Source of the DNA: a virus
Taxonomy: Duplodnaviria > Caudoviricetes
Reading direction: 5' to 3' (one strand)
DNA: 61,732 nt
Virus record (IMG/VR): IMGVR_UViG_3300030329_003372
Location: 1 to 61,732 of that record
The position numbers were made by a program, and so were the translations under genes. How positions within the stretch are numbered: position 1 is the stretch's first letter; every line of letters begins with the position of its first letter. This document shows, piece after piece, positions 38,580 to 47,806 of this stretch. The notes under the pieces were generated by a model. That model was not told the DNA's origin, did not search any database, and saw only the letters and a list, made by a program, of their open reading frames with translations.

Positions 38580-39257
38580 TCAAGCAACTCTACGTGCGAT
38601 GTTGCCGATTCGTTCTTGCATGACATTTCTCGTCATAGGATTCTGAAGATGTTGTAGTGCTTGTGTGAAAGCATCCTCACCACCGTATTGGTCCCATGAT
38701 TGACCCAACTCTTGCTCACTCATGTTGCCGAACACTTCAGGTGTGTATGATGGCTTCCACTGCATTGTGTCGAGGTCGCTAATGTCGCCGCTCCAAGCAT
38801 CCTTCTTGGGTGCGCCCTGCGCCCTGAATGGTCCCGCGCCTCCTACATCAACGTAGGTTGGTGTCCCATCCGGTCGAATCAATACGTTGTCTAAACCAAG
38901 ACCGAGAACATCCCAATTCCCAATCGCAGCATGAGGCACGAAGTCCTGTCGAACTCGTTGCACTGCGTCCTTATCATGTAGGTTTAAGGGTCGCGCGTCC
39001 TCTTCATATCGAGAAAGCATGGTGTAGGGCCATTGACTTGGCCCGAATAATTTTGCTTCAGGAACACCAACGCCGAGGGCGTCGAGATAACGATTCATAT
39101 CGAACTCGTTGAGAATGTGAGCAGGGTGCGCCCCCTTCTTTCTAACAAAGCGTTGCCCTGTTGGTGTTTCATGCAAACGCGCCCCTGTGCTACCACCGAG
39201 ATTGATGCCTCGCCTACCGCGAATGTTCTGCCAAGCGGCATCCATCGGGTCGGGCAT
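38580..39257 (-). CDS. Atypical kinase (HipA/CtkA/PI3-4K-like fold) with N-terminal PMDAAW tag
   Basis: Gly loop GGSTGA, VRK lysine, NE helix, catalytic loop IGNWDV..LDN and DFG-like VDVGG. Confidence 0.6.
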   Translation of the reverse strand: MPDPMDAAWQNIRGRRGINLGGSTGARLHETPTGQRFVRKKGAHPAHILNEFDMNRYLDALGVGVPEAKLFGPSQWPYTMLSRYEEDARPLNLHDKDAVQRVRQDFVPHAAIGNWDVLGLGLDNVLIRPDGTPTYVDVGGAGPFRAQGAPKKDAWSGDISDLDTMQWKPSYTPEVFGNMSEQELGQSWDQYGGEDAFTQALQHLQNPMTRNVMQERIGNIARRVA

Positions 39258-39289
39258 GAAGAAGCGGAAGTGACTATCACGTATCATGC

Positions 39290-39874
39290 TTACGCGAGCC
39301 AAAAGTCATGGCCCTTGAGTGCATCATCAACAGACGACTCAATGCCTGACATATCCAAGAAAGATTGAAAGACACCTTTGTTTGTTTCATTCACTTCGGC
39401 ATCTGATGGATTACGAAGAAACACGGCATCCTCGCTAAGAGGAATAAGCCCTGCCTCGTAACCATCGAGGTATGCTGCGTATGCTGATTCGTTTAGATAG
39501 CCCTCATCATCCATCAGGGTAATGCCTTTCACACGCCACGTTGATTTCATCGGGTCTGTTATCGCCTGTAGTTGCAGCGTATGAATCCAAGACAAAGGAA
39601 CTTCAAAGTGTTCAGCAAGTTGCTCGTATGCCAACCACCAACAAACCACATCGAACTGTTGAGCGGAACCCAACATCTGTATCGGGTCACCTACCATACT
39701 CAACCATGAGGTGTGGTCCGTGCTTGAATCACGTGCGGCATTCAACATTCGCTCGGCTGCGTTACGTCGCTTGAAGTAAACATCATTGATAGTCTGATTG
39801 AACTGTGGCATATCCACTTGCATTCTCTCAACCAAGTCGTTAAGACCTTCTTCTAATGAATGGAATAGTGTCAT
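39290..39874 (-). CDS. Hypothetical protein
   Basis: 194-aa ORF with GGTGAGG SD. Confidence 0.6.
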   Translation of the reverse strand: MTLFHSLEEGLNDLVERMQVDMPQFNQTINDVYFKRRNAAERMLNAARDSSTDHTSWLSMVGDPIQMLGSAQQFDVVCWWLAYEQLAEHFEVPLSWIHTLQLQAITDPMKSTWRVKGITLMDDEGYLNESAYAAYLDGYEAGLIPLSEDAVFLRNPSDAEVNETNKGVFQSFLDMSGIESSVDDALKGHDFWLA

Positions 39875-40025
39875 TCGTCCTCACCTACTATCTGTATGTA
39901 TTGTTCAATCTTTTTCAACTCTTCCGAAACCACGTGTTCGATATGCAAACTCAAGATAGGACAACTCGTTACACTCTTTACGAAGCACTTCAACGCGTAT
40001 TCTTCATACGTCATTCCATTCTCAC

Positions 40026-40517
40026 TCATAGTCCCACCGCCTCATGTATCTGTGCGATGGTCATGTCACTGTTCAGGTGATAGCCCATGCGCTGTGCAGT
40101 TTCAAGAAGGTCAGCCTTGTTCATCTTCTTCATGTTGCTTCGCCACTCACCGCATTGGTTAGCGACGATTGTTTCTAAGTTCGCAAGAGTAATCTGACCT
40201 GACTCTATCAAGTATTGAATCTGTTCCTCACCTGTGCGCTCTTCCGGTAGGGCCAAGTGTTCTACCAAGCGTTGCACTGTGTGGCGTAGTTCTGTGAACT
40301 CATCATTATCTTCAAGCGCATCATCAAAGTATTCATACAACTCTTCACGCGCTGTATCACGCATATCGCTATCGTCAATGTATTCATTCAAGTCTTCGTC
40401 CCGAAGGACAGACATTACCTCATCCCTTATGTCGAGATGCTCGGCCACATCACGTGCAATTTCTCTTACATCTATGTCTAATTCTACATCGCCTATATCT
40501 ACTGTTACCCAAGTCAT
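40026..40517 (-). CDS. Acidic protein with a possible C-terminal SAP/Rho-N-like helical motif
   Basis: MNKADLLETAQRMG...MTIAQIHEAV. Confidence 0.5.
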   Translation of the reverse strand: MTWVTVDIGDVELDIDVREIARDVAEHLDIRDEVMSVLRDEDLNEYIDDSDMRDTAREELYEYFDDALEDNDEFTELRHTVQRLVEHLALPEERTGEEQIQYLIESGQITLANLETIVANQCGEWRSNMKKMNKADLLETAQRMGYHLNSDMTIAQIHEAVGL

Positions 40518-40969
40518 TCTTCCTCACCTACATCTGTTGCCAATGTGTATGGTTCTTCACCAAGCACTATTGTAATCAAATCATTCAACCCTGCGAACTG
40601 TAGTAGTTCAGCCACAGCGGGTGATGCGGGCTTCATGTTCAGCACCGCACCCTTCGGATGGTTGAGCGGGTCAGACCCTTGCGGGCTTGACTCAATCATC
40701 ATCTGTGTAACCTCGCCGTATTGATACAGCGTCGCAGGGATGTATAGTGTATCGCCGCTCGCAGGTGATTGGTTCACCGGCTCTTGTGCAGCGAGCCACT
40801 CATTCAGTTCCTGTGGAATACGATATTCCGCAGCCATGCCATACTTGCGTAGGTATGGTGAGTTCTCGTTCACGTTCGGGCCAAGCACTTGTATGTGCAT
40901 CAGCGTGTCGCTGAAGTTACATCTCACCTGCAATCTATTCTCAAACTTCTGTTCTTGTTCAGTCGTCAT
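40514..40969 (-). CDS. Hypothetical protein
   Basis: First ORF after promoter copy 7. Confidence 0.6.
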   Translation of the reverse strand: MTTEQEQKFENRLQVRCNFSDTLMHIQVLGPNVNENSPYLRKYGMAAEYRIPQELNEWLAAQEPVNQSPASGDTLYIPATLYQYGEVTQMMIESSPQGSDPLNHPKGAVLNMKPASPAVAELLQFAGLNDLITIVLGEEPYTLATDVGEEE

Positions 40970-40992
40970 ATCATCACTTCCTTCATTCCTAA

Positions 40993-41016
40993 TTCTACTA
41001 TTGGTTTAAATATAAA
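40993..41016 (-). promoter_or_regulatory. Conserved viral TATA promoter, copy 7
   Basis: One mismatch to consensus. Confidence 0.8.
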
Positions 41017-41149
41017 ATTCATTCTTCATATCTCCTAATGTTCCATCGGGTATTGCATACAGAACATCTAAGGTGGTCATGCCATTCTGTTCCTGTGTGA
41101 ATGAAGGATATGTCCTCCATGCAACACTCTCTTATGTTACGCTCGTCGC

Positions 41150-42370
41150 TCATTCTTTCACATCCTCAAGTTTCTTTGGGCTACGCTTCGGTGGCTTCTT
41201 ATTCGTCATGCCATTGTAGCACTGCGAGCAAGTAGTGTCGTCCTGATGATAGCGGAAGAATTGGTAAGCAGGTTTGTATTTGTTACAATCACAACACTGA
41301 ACCTTCTCCTGTGATGCACGGATTTTCAAGTCAAGTGCGGAAGCATGACACATAACACACACGCCCAAGTTCGGGACCATGTATGCCTTCGGGTGTTCAC
41401 CGTCACACATCGGACAGAATTCTGTGTGTAATGTAGAATCGTCTTCCCATGTGAGAGAGTCATGGTGACAAGTATGACAGTATGAATCATCTAACTTGGC
41501 TGTGCATAGTGGACAGTCTTCTTCATCTTCGATAACAAGAAGTGGCTCATCGAATTCCTCATCTTGCATCGCATCGAATTCATCTTCGGCTACTTCAGCG
41601 AGCGTCATGATTTTGTCATCATCCACATCCTGAATGTCAGCCCACTGATTGCTTCCGCCCCAATAGTTACCACCATAGGAAACTTCTGCGATTAACATCT
41701 CGCCCAAAGGGATGTTGCATACCTCGGCAATATACTTCTGTTGTGACTGTGCTTCGACAGCGTGGTGACAGTGAGCATCACGAACCCACTTGGTTAGAGT
41801 GGCGGCATCGGTGAAGAATTCTCGGTCCTTGTCATCACCCAATAGGTAAGCGAGGATAGCCAACTGCACACCTGTGCGTCCGTGACCACCTGCACACTGA
41901 CAGGAGATACGCTTGATACCATGCTCATGAATGTCATTGACAAGCGCATACCAAAACTCCTTGCCAACCTTTGGGATGGAGAAGTCAGGCCAATCAAAGG
42001 AAATCATGAGTGGCTCTACTTCTGTAAGCGTGTCACCGCAAGTCCAACCTTCAGGAACTTCTGTCTTACTCGCACCCCATGACCCAAGTGTTTCGCTCGG
42101 TCCCATCGCAAGGTCAGCGGGAGGGTTCATCTTCTGCCAACCGCCGTTGCGGTTACGCCCACCTGCGAACACTTCAATGTCGCCCACAGTGAACACACTG
42201 TTCTGCCCTGTGTGGCAGGGTGGCTTGGGTGTAATTTTGTAACCACTACCAAAGCCTGTGCTTGTGCTACTGTAGTTGTGTGTCTTACAGTAACTCTTTC
42301 CTTTCGGTGCGTTGTTCTTGCATCCGTGCCTTACACATTTCTTTCCTTTGTTTTTCTTTCCTTTCCCCAT
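41150..42370 (-). CDS. Cys-based phosphatase (Cx5R) with N- and C-terminal Zn fingers
   Basis: WPD loop (DWPDF), CAGGHGRTG, VE..SQ Q-loop and multiple CxxC pairs. Confidence 0.8.
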   Translation of the reverse strand: MGKGKKNKGKKCVRHGCKNNAPKGKSYCKTHNYSSTSTGFGSGYKITPKPPCHTGQNSVFTVGDIEVFAGGRNRNGGWQKMNPPADLAMGPSETLGSWGASKTEVPEGWTCGDTLTEVEPLMISFDWPDFSIPKVGKEFWYALVNDIHEHGIKRISCQCAGGHGRTGVQLAILAYLLGDDKDREFFTDAATLTKWVRDAHCHHAVEAQSQQKYIAEVCNIPLGEMLIAEVSYGGNYWGGSNQWADIQDVDDDKIMTLAEVAEDEFDAMQDEEFDEPLLVIEDEEDCPLCTAKLDDSYCHTCHHDSLTWEDDSTLHTEFCPMCDGEHPKAYMVPNLGVCVMCHASALDLKIRASQEKVQCCDCNKYKPAYQFFRYHQDDTTCSQCYNGMTNKKPPKRSPKKLEDVKE

Positions 42371-42372
42371 AT

Positions 42373-44925
42373 CTATTCCTCCGTCAATTGTTCTTGTAGT
42401 TCTGTGAAGAACTCAACAATGTTCTTCTTCACACCCTTGCCGTTGCTTGTTGACTTACCCTTGAGTGTGTCAATCGCTGTAACCTCGTCGGGTATAATCA
42501 CAGGCGTGTCCGTGACCTCGCCCAACAGAACAAGTCTTTCATCTGTGGGTAGTCTTGACACCACCTTTGAAATCATCTTCATCACATATACTTGAACATC
42601 GTTACTTGTAGTAAGCGCATTGGCGATGTTGAAGCATTTCAAAAGTGTATCAGGTTCAGGCGCACTATTGCTCGCCTTCATCTCTTCCATTGTTTCGACG
42701 ACCCACTGCTCCGCCTGACTTAGAGAAGAGCCTTCATTCTCTTGCACGGGCCACATATCAAAGTGCAAGCCCATGTCCACAAAGGACAAGCCGAGTTCTG
42801 CGGTTGCTTCATTCAAAGCCTGTTCATATTTCTGTGCTGCTACCTCCTTCAGTGTTTCCATGTGTGCGCTGCAAACTTCACAGTCCTCATGACCACATGG
42901 AACGAACTTGTCGGCTCCCGCTTGTGTTGCTTCCCCGCCACCACTGTGTAGGAGGTAGGCGTCACCACGTGAAACCATCTCATTGATGCTGTCCTTGAGT
43001 AGTTGTGGTGCAGCCTCATCGAGCATAATGGGGTTCTTCTTCCACTTACTGTTACCACGACTCAACACATACTGCATTGTGTCAGCAACGTCGTGTAGTT
43101 CAGGTCGAACACCGCGCTTGGTGACAGCGGCTCGCGCTGCATAGTAGACGTTGAACATTTGGCTAAGTTCAGGCTCGCAGCCATCGGCTGCCGTGGACAT
43201 ATCCATTGTGGATTGCTTGACGAACTTGTTGAAGAACATACCATTGTTGTGAACTGCATTCTTACAGATGTTTGTTGTTTCAATGAGTGAGAGTAGTGTG
43301 TCCTTGCATGGGTTGGCTACGAACTCACCTGCCTTGAGAAGCAGGGCTTGTCCCTTCTGTATGCTCTCCATGTATTTTGTGCCACCGTATGAGGATGACC
43401 AATTGCTTCGGAACATACGGACAAGCCATTCAAAGACGCCGTGCATCGAGAGCATAGTCAGTGGTGTCTTCTCCATTGTGTAGTAGTAGTGTTGTCGAAC
43501 ATTGGGTGGTGCTGTAATGTTGTAACCGTCACACTCCACCCACTTACCCTTGAAGATAGCATTGAGTGTGCTGAACACATCGGGCGTGTTGGAACGTCGC
43601 TGTCCCTTTGCATTCCTCATCTCACCAAGACCCACAGCCAACGTTGCATTGACGAGCCAACCTGTATACACACCACCCAAGAAGGCAGTGGTCTTCGGGT
43701 CGCTCATAGGAGCAGCAGCGAACTGATGGAAGTGGTGTCCCAAGTGAACATACATACGAGTCCAATGGTGCAACCCAACAGTGAGTCCTTCCTTGAAGTC
43801 GTTGATGTAGTCCACCGGGTCGTATGGACTTGCCTTGTATTTTGGGTCGTCAACAACCCAACCCGTAGCAGGTTCAACCCATGTGCTACCTACGTTCACC
43901 CTGTCAATGATGTAGGGTGTTGAGTATGAACGTGCTTGAGCAGCAGCGTGTGAAGCCATGTTACCATCAGGGTGACTGATGACGAATCCCTTTGGCAACT
44001 CTTGTCGAAGACGTTCTTCAAGGGCTGCGCTGTAATCCTCCATCTCACCCTCGCAAACGAATACTTCTGTAACCTTGACCTTGCCTTGTGGAACGAAGCC
44101 CTGCACAGTCACACCCTTTGGTGGTGGGTTGATTGGTTGGTGGCCCGCGCATCCACGTAGTTGAGTAATGGAATTGGCGGTGTTCAACATCATACCTGTG
44201 TGCATGGTGTTGAACAAGGCATCATCATCATTCTTCGGAATGGGTTTGTTGTGTGTGTTGTCACGCAACAAGGACACGAACTCAACCTCGTAGTTGGCAG
44301 GGTCCATCTCAAGTGTCCTCCACATCTGTCGGAGCCATGCTGACTTGCCCGTAACAGGCAAGGTAATTTTCAAGCCATCCAATGCTGCTGTGATGCCATC
44401 ATTGTCACGACCCATCACAATGTAACCCTGCGTGTGGGTGCCTGTATCTTTGTCCCACACACCGGGAGCCATGACCGCCGAGGCATGAGCATTGATGAAA
44501 GGTTGGATGATGATACATCCTTCAGGCTCACAAAGACCATGCTTGTAGAGCGCAGGTTCAGCAGTGTCTTCACTGAACATGGTTTCCATGATACGAATAA
44601 GGTTGTTCTGTAACTGAACCTTGTCGAAGACAGGCAGTGACTCAAGCACACCGGGTCGTGCATTGAGTGGACAGACACGAATGAATAGTTCTTGGTCGTC
44701 GTCGCCACCGAAGTGTTCCCATACATGAGAAGCCTCCGTTTTAGCGAGGTTCTTGATGAGTCCCTCCTTGACCATAGCCAACGCATGAGCCTGACTATTG
44801 AACTTGGGCATATCTATGCGGAAGGTTTTGAGTGGTGACCAATACCGTTCGATGGCATACGCATCGTAAACTTCCTTGTATTTGTTGTAGTCACCTGCTT
44901 TCTGACTTGCAATCTTGTCTGTCAT
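42373..44925 (-). CDS. PEP-utilizer/PPDK-superfamily dikinase-like protein (ATP-grasp, phospho-His swivel and unknown C-terminal domain)
   Basis: IRVCP..ARPGVLES, IIQPFI, EVEFV and TQLR ATP-grasp motifs; DGNMASHAAAQARSYSTP His-domain motif. Start at ATG 44925 chosen from SD spacing. Confidence 0.7.
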   Translation of the reverse strand: MTDKIASQKAGDYNKYKEVYDAYAIERYWSPLKTFRIDMPKFNSQAHALAMVKEGLIKNLAKTEASHVWEHFGGDDDQELFIRVCPLNARPGVLESLPVFDKVQLQNNLIRIMETMFSEDTAEPALYKHGLCEPEGCIIIQPFINAHASAVMAPGVWDKDTGTHTQGYIVMGRDNDGITAALDGLKITLPVTGKSAWLRQMWRTLEMDPANYEVEFVSLLRDNTHNKPIPKNDDDALFNTMHTGMMLNTANSITQLRGCAGHQPINPPPKGVTVQGFVPQGKVKVTEVFVCEGEMEDYSAALEERLRQELPKGFVISHPDGNMASHAAAQARSYSTPYIIDRVNVGSTWVEPATGWVVDDPKYKASPYDPVDYINDFKEGLTVGLHHWTRMYVHLGHHFHQFAAAPMSDPKTTAFLGGVYTGWLVNATLAVGLGEMRNAKGQRRSNTPDVFSTLNAIFKGKWVECDGYNITAPPNVRQHYYYTMEKTPLTMLSMHGVFEWLVRMFRSNWSSSYGGTKYMESIQKGQALLLKAGEFVANPCKDTLLSLIETTNICKNAVHNNGMFFNKFVKQSTMDMSTAADGCEPELSQMFNVYYAARAAVTKRGVRPELHDVADTMQYVLSRGNSKWKKNPIMLDEAAPQLLKDSINEMVSRGDAYLLHSGGGEATQAGADKFVPCGHEDCEVCSAHMETLKEVAAQKYEQALNEATAELGLSFVDMGLHFDMWPVQENEGSSLSQAEQWVVETMEEMKASNSAPEPDTLLKCFNIANALTTSNDVQVYVMKMISKVVSRLPTDERLVLLGEVTDTPVIIPDEVTAIDTLKGKSTSNGKGVKKNIVEFFTELQEQLTEE

Positions 44926-44950
44926 ATTTCTCAAACTCCTTCATTCCAAA

Positions 44951-44974
44951 TTCTACTGTTGGTTTAAATATAAA
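44951..44974 (-). promoter_or_regulatory. Conserved viral TATA promoter, copy 8
   Basis: Perfect consensus directly upstream of the dikinase. Confidence 0.85.
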
Positions 44975-44994
44975 ATGGTTCAGTGCTTTGATTT

Positions 44995-45249
44995 TCATTG
45001 TCTTCCAAGCACCTTGTTTTCAGATACGTGTAGGTCACCAAGCACCCATCGTAGTGCCATGATTACACCTTCCAATGCCTTGTAGTTTCTCATGTGTTCA
45101 ATGCGTTTCTTCTTACTCTTTGCGCGTTGCATGAACATGAAGTGTTTGTTCTGTTCAAGTTCAGCCTTGTCGAGCATGGCGAGTATGTCTTCCCAATCCT
45201 TGTCGTATGCAAAGTTCTCACTGTCTTGATGGTCATTCATCTCCGTCAT
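44995..45249 (-). CDS. Hypothetical protein
   Basis: 84-aa ORF with GGAGG SD. Confidence 0.55.
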   Translation of the reverse strand: MTEMNDHQDSENFAYDKDWEDILAMLDKAELEQNKHFMFMQRAKSKKKRIEHMRNYKALEGVIMALRWVLGDLHVSENKVLGRQ

Positions 45250-45533
45250 CCTCCAATAGTATTTCTAACAATTCAATTACATCACAACTCCTATCCTCAT
45301 ACGAATAATTCATGAGATTCATGAGAGAAAGGATGTGGCTGACCAATCGCTTTTCCATGCTGTTCATTTTTTCACCTTCCCCATAACATCCAAGTGAATT
45401 AACAATAGGTCTATCTTCTTACTCTTTGTGTAAGAACCAAGACTACCCATGCCCAAATCACGGGCCATGTGGTTCAAGCCAACACTGTGTATTCTATCGA
45501 GGTAGTTTCTCCAAACCTTTTCTGTTCTTACTT

Positions 45534-45758
45534 TCATTCTTCCTCATCCTCCGATGGTGGTATACGTCGCGTGAAGTAAACATCATTGATAGTCTGTATG
45601 TGTGGCTGTATGATTTGTTCAAACTTTTTCTTGCGGTTGTATAGAATACGGTAATACTCGGCCCGACTCTTCTTTACAGAAGTTTTTTTCTCGTCGGGGC
45701 AACAACGCACATATCTGTGGTATTCCTTACCGCATATTCTACAACGCATATAACTCAA
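45534..45758 (-). CDS. Small Zn-finger protein
   Basis: CRICG...CC; shares a 34-bp block with the 39290 gene. Confidence 0.5.
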   Translation of the reverse strand: MSYMRCRICGKEYHRYVRCCPDEKKTSVKKSRAEYYRILYNRKKKFEQIIQPHIQTINDVYFTRRIPPSEDEEE

Positions 45759-46126
45759 TTCAATCGCCTCGCTAATACTGATTCGACTACGAGGTAGCCG
45801 AATGATAATACAAAGATGCCCATGACTAACACGACAGGTAGTATGTCTATTGTGTCTTGACTCATTTTTCGCTCACCACAATATCAACTACTTCCACGTA
45901 ATTTGAGTCATTAACGATTTCATAACCCATAGCGTCTGCTTCTTCTTGTGATTCAGCCTCAACTTCTGCGTAGTATTCTACCAACACTCTCACTCTATAT
46001 GTTTTCATTCTTCATTCCTCCTGTATGGTGCGTAGTATCTCATGGCCCAAGCCATCGCACACCACGCACAGATTTCTATGATTGTTCCCACGACTACAAC
46101 CCACTGTGTTGTTGAAGAGAGTAGGT

Positions 46127-46441
46127 TCATTCGTCTTCACCCAAACATTGACACTCGCCATCACAATCATCACATTCATCATAACAATCACAAAATTCCG
46201 TGTTGCACTCACCTTTGTATAGCCTAAGCGCACCAATGTATTGACTACCATCTGCAAAATACACTGTGACATACGGCCCTGTGTGTTCGCTACCAACCAC
46301 CTTATCCCAATCGTCAATTGTTACTCTCGGTTGTTCAGCGTATTCCAATGCTTTACCTCTCCACTCTTCGTGCTGCATGGAAAGGCGCTTCACTAAAGTG
46401 ATTAGTTCTTGCTTGCTCATGTCTTCGTATGTTCTACCCAT
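46127..46441 (-). CDS. Hypothetical protein with Cys-rich C-terminus
   Basis: CDCYDECDDCDGECQC. Confidence 0.55.
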   Translation of the reverse strand: MGRTYEDMSKQELITLVKRLSMQHEEWRGKALEYAEQPRVTIDDWDKVVGSEHTGPYVTVYFADGSQYIGALRLYKGECNTEFCDCYDECDDCDGECQCLGEDE

Positions 46442-46560
46442 GATTTACACCCCAATGTTCCGGCCATCTATTTTGTAATGAAGCACCGTGTTCGCATACT
46501 TCATCCGGTTTAATGGTTCCACCTCTTACTGCTACAACGCAGCCGCATGGTAATCTTGTT

Positions 46561-46785
46561 CTATTCATTTACAATCACCCTGATACTTGCCAACAAATCG
46601 TTCAACTCTTGCGTTGCTTTCTCATTGAATACTACCTGCTCATCGAGCATCTTCTGTAGTTCAATGAGTTCAAGAGTCAACTTCTCTAACTCATCCATGA
46701 GTGTCCCATTGATATACATGAGATACTCCATCTTGCTATCGAAGGCCCTGCCTTCAGCCACCATAATGTCGTCTTCCTTACTCAT
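46561..46785 (-). CDS. Coiled-coil small protein
   Basis: Heptad Leu pattern. Confidence 0.5.
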   Translation of the reverse strand: MSKEDDIMVAEGRAFDSKMEYLMYINGTLMDELEKLTLELIELQKMLDEQVVFNEKATQELNDLLASIRVIVNE

Positions 46786-47024
46786 CCTTTCACTTCCTCG
46801 GTGCTGTCCTTACTCTTCAGTAGTGGTGTGTTACAGAACACATCTTGTTGTGGGTCATGGTAGTAACCCTGTCGCCCTTGCTTGAGTAAGCGTTTGCATA
46901 CGATGTTGTCCTTAACATCCTCATACTTGTCCTGTGGTCTGTGGTGAAAGCGGCTTGGCTTTCTTGCCATGCTATGTGTGCGCCACTTCTCACAAGTAGG
47001 ACAATAACCCGCCCACTTACTCAT
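46782..47024 (-). CDS. Small Zn-finger protein
   Basis: CPTC...C...C. Confidence 0.5.
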   Translation of the reverse strand: MSKWAGYCPTCEKWRTHSMARKPSRFHHRPQDKYEDVKDNIVCKRLLKQGRQGYYHDPQQDVFCNTPLLKSKDSTEEVKG

Positions 47025-47299
47025 TCTTCCTCACCATCCTTCAAGGTGAAGGCCATGTTGTATTGACCATCTACTTCTTCCCATGAGAACTCATAGTGTC
47101 CTTCACTAATGTCGAGCAACTGTCGACCCGTAAAGTGCGGGAAGCACGACGCCAATATCTTAACACGAACTGCTTTGTTCTTGAACTCTTTATTCCAATC
47201 ACTTGCCCGTGATTCCATTTGCGTAGCCACGAAGTTAGGGTGGATGAACCCGTTGCTATCCCATGCTACTGTTATCTCATTCTCCATTTCGATTGCCAT
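47021..47299 (-). CDS. Hypothetical protein, leaderless
   Basis: Start reassigned to ATG 47299, 29 nt below the TATA of promoter copy 9. Confidence 0.6.
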   Translation of the reverse strand: MAIEMENEITVAWDSNGFIHPNFVATQMESRASDWNKEFKNKAVRVKILASCFPHFTGRQLLDISEGHYEFSWEEVDGQYNMAFTLKDGEEE

Positions 47300-47308
47300 C
47301 AATCTTAA

Positions 47309-47332
47309 TTCCACTGTTGGTTTAAATATAAA
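47309..47332 (-). promoter_or_regulatory. Conserved viral TATA promoter, copy 9
   Basis: One mismatch to consensus. Confidence 0.8.
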
Positions 47333-47385
47333 ACAGATTTTGGGGGCTGAAAACAAATGTCTTCAACAAGAAGGTCACGCGTGAC

Positions 47386-47709
47386 CTACTCTTCTTCATC
47401 ATTGATTACCGTGCTATCCAAAGCAAGGATGAACCAAGAGCGTGAAGATATTGTCACGTTTCGATAGTGTAAACGGAAGCGAGTAAAGCCATGCTTCCCG
47501 TTGTATGTAATCAAATCGTTCTTCTTTACTTCGTGTCTTAGATTGGGTGAGGATTCGGCCACCATGATTGAGTCACCTGACCACAATCCTTCCAACCACT
47601 TGGCGTTACCAAGCATCAATCTCACCATCTGTCCGCGCTTGTATGTATCTATTGCTTCATTCCAATCTTCTATTCCTTTCATCTTCCGAACACCTCCTTG
47701 TGTCCACAC
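47386..47709 (-). CDS. Hypothetical protein
   Basis: ORF track; start uncertain. Confidence 0.5.
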   Translation of the reverse strand: MWTQGGVRKMKGIEDWNEAIDTYKRGQMVRLMLGNAKWLEGLWSGDSIMVAESSPNLRHEVKKNDLITYNGKHGFTRFRLHYRNVTISSRSWFILALDSTVINDEEE

Positions 47710-47806
47710 TTCTTACATTGAAGAATCGCTTTCTCTTTTCTGTAGTTACCCGCGCCCTTCTCAAAGTGAACAAGAGAGAATCCCTCGGCCTTGCACTTCG
47801 GACACT

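Noticed and set aside
30927-47356. 'FIFKPTVE' and 'STVGLN' peptides in several ORF-track proteins
   Set aside because: These are translations of the repeated promoter, not a protein family.
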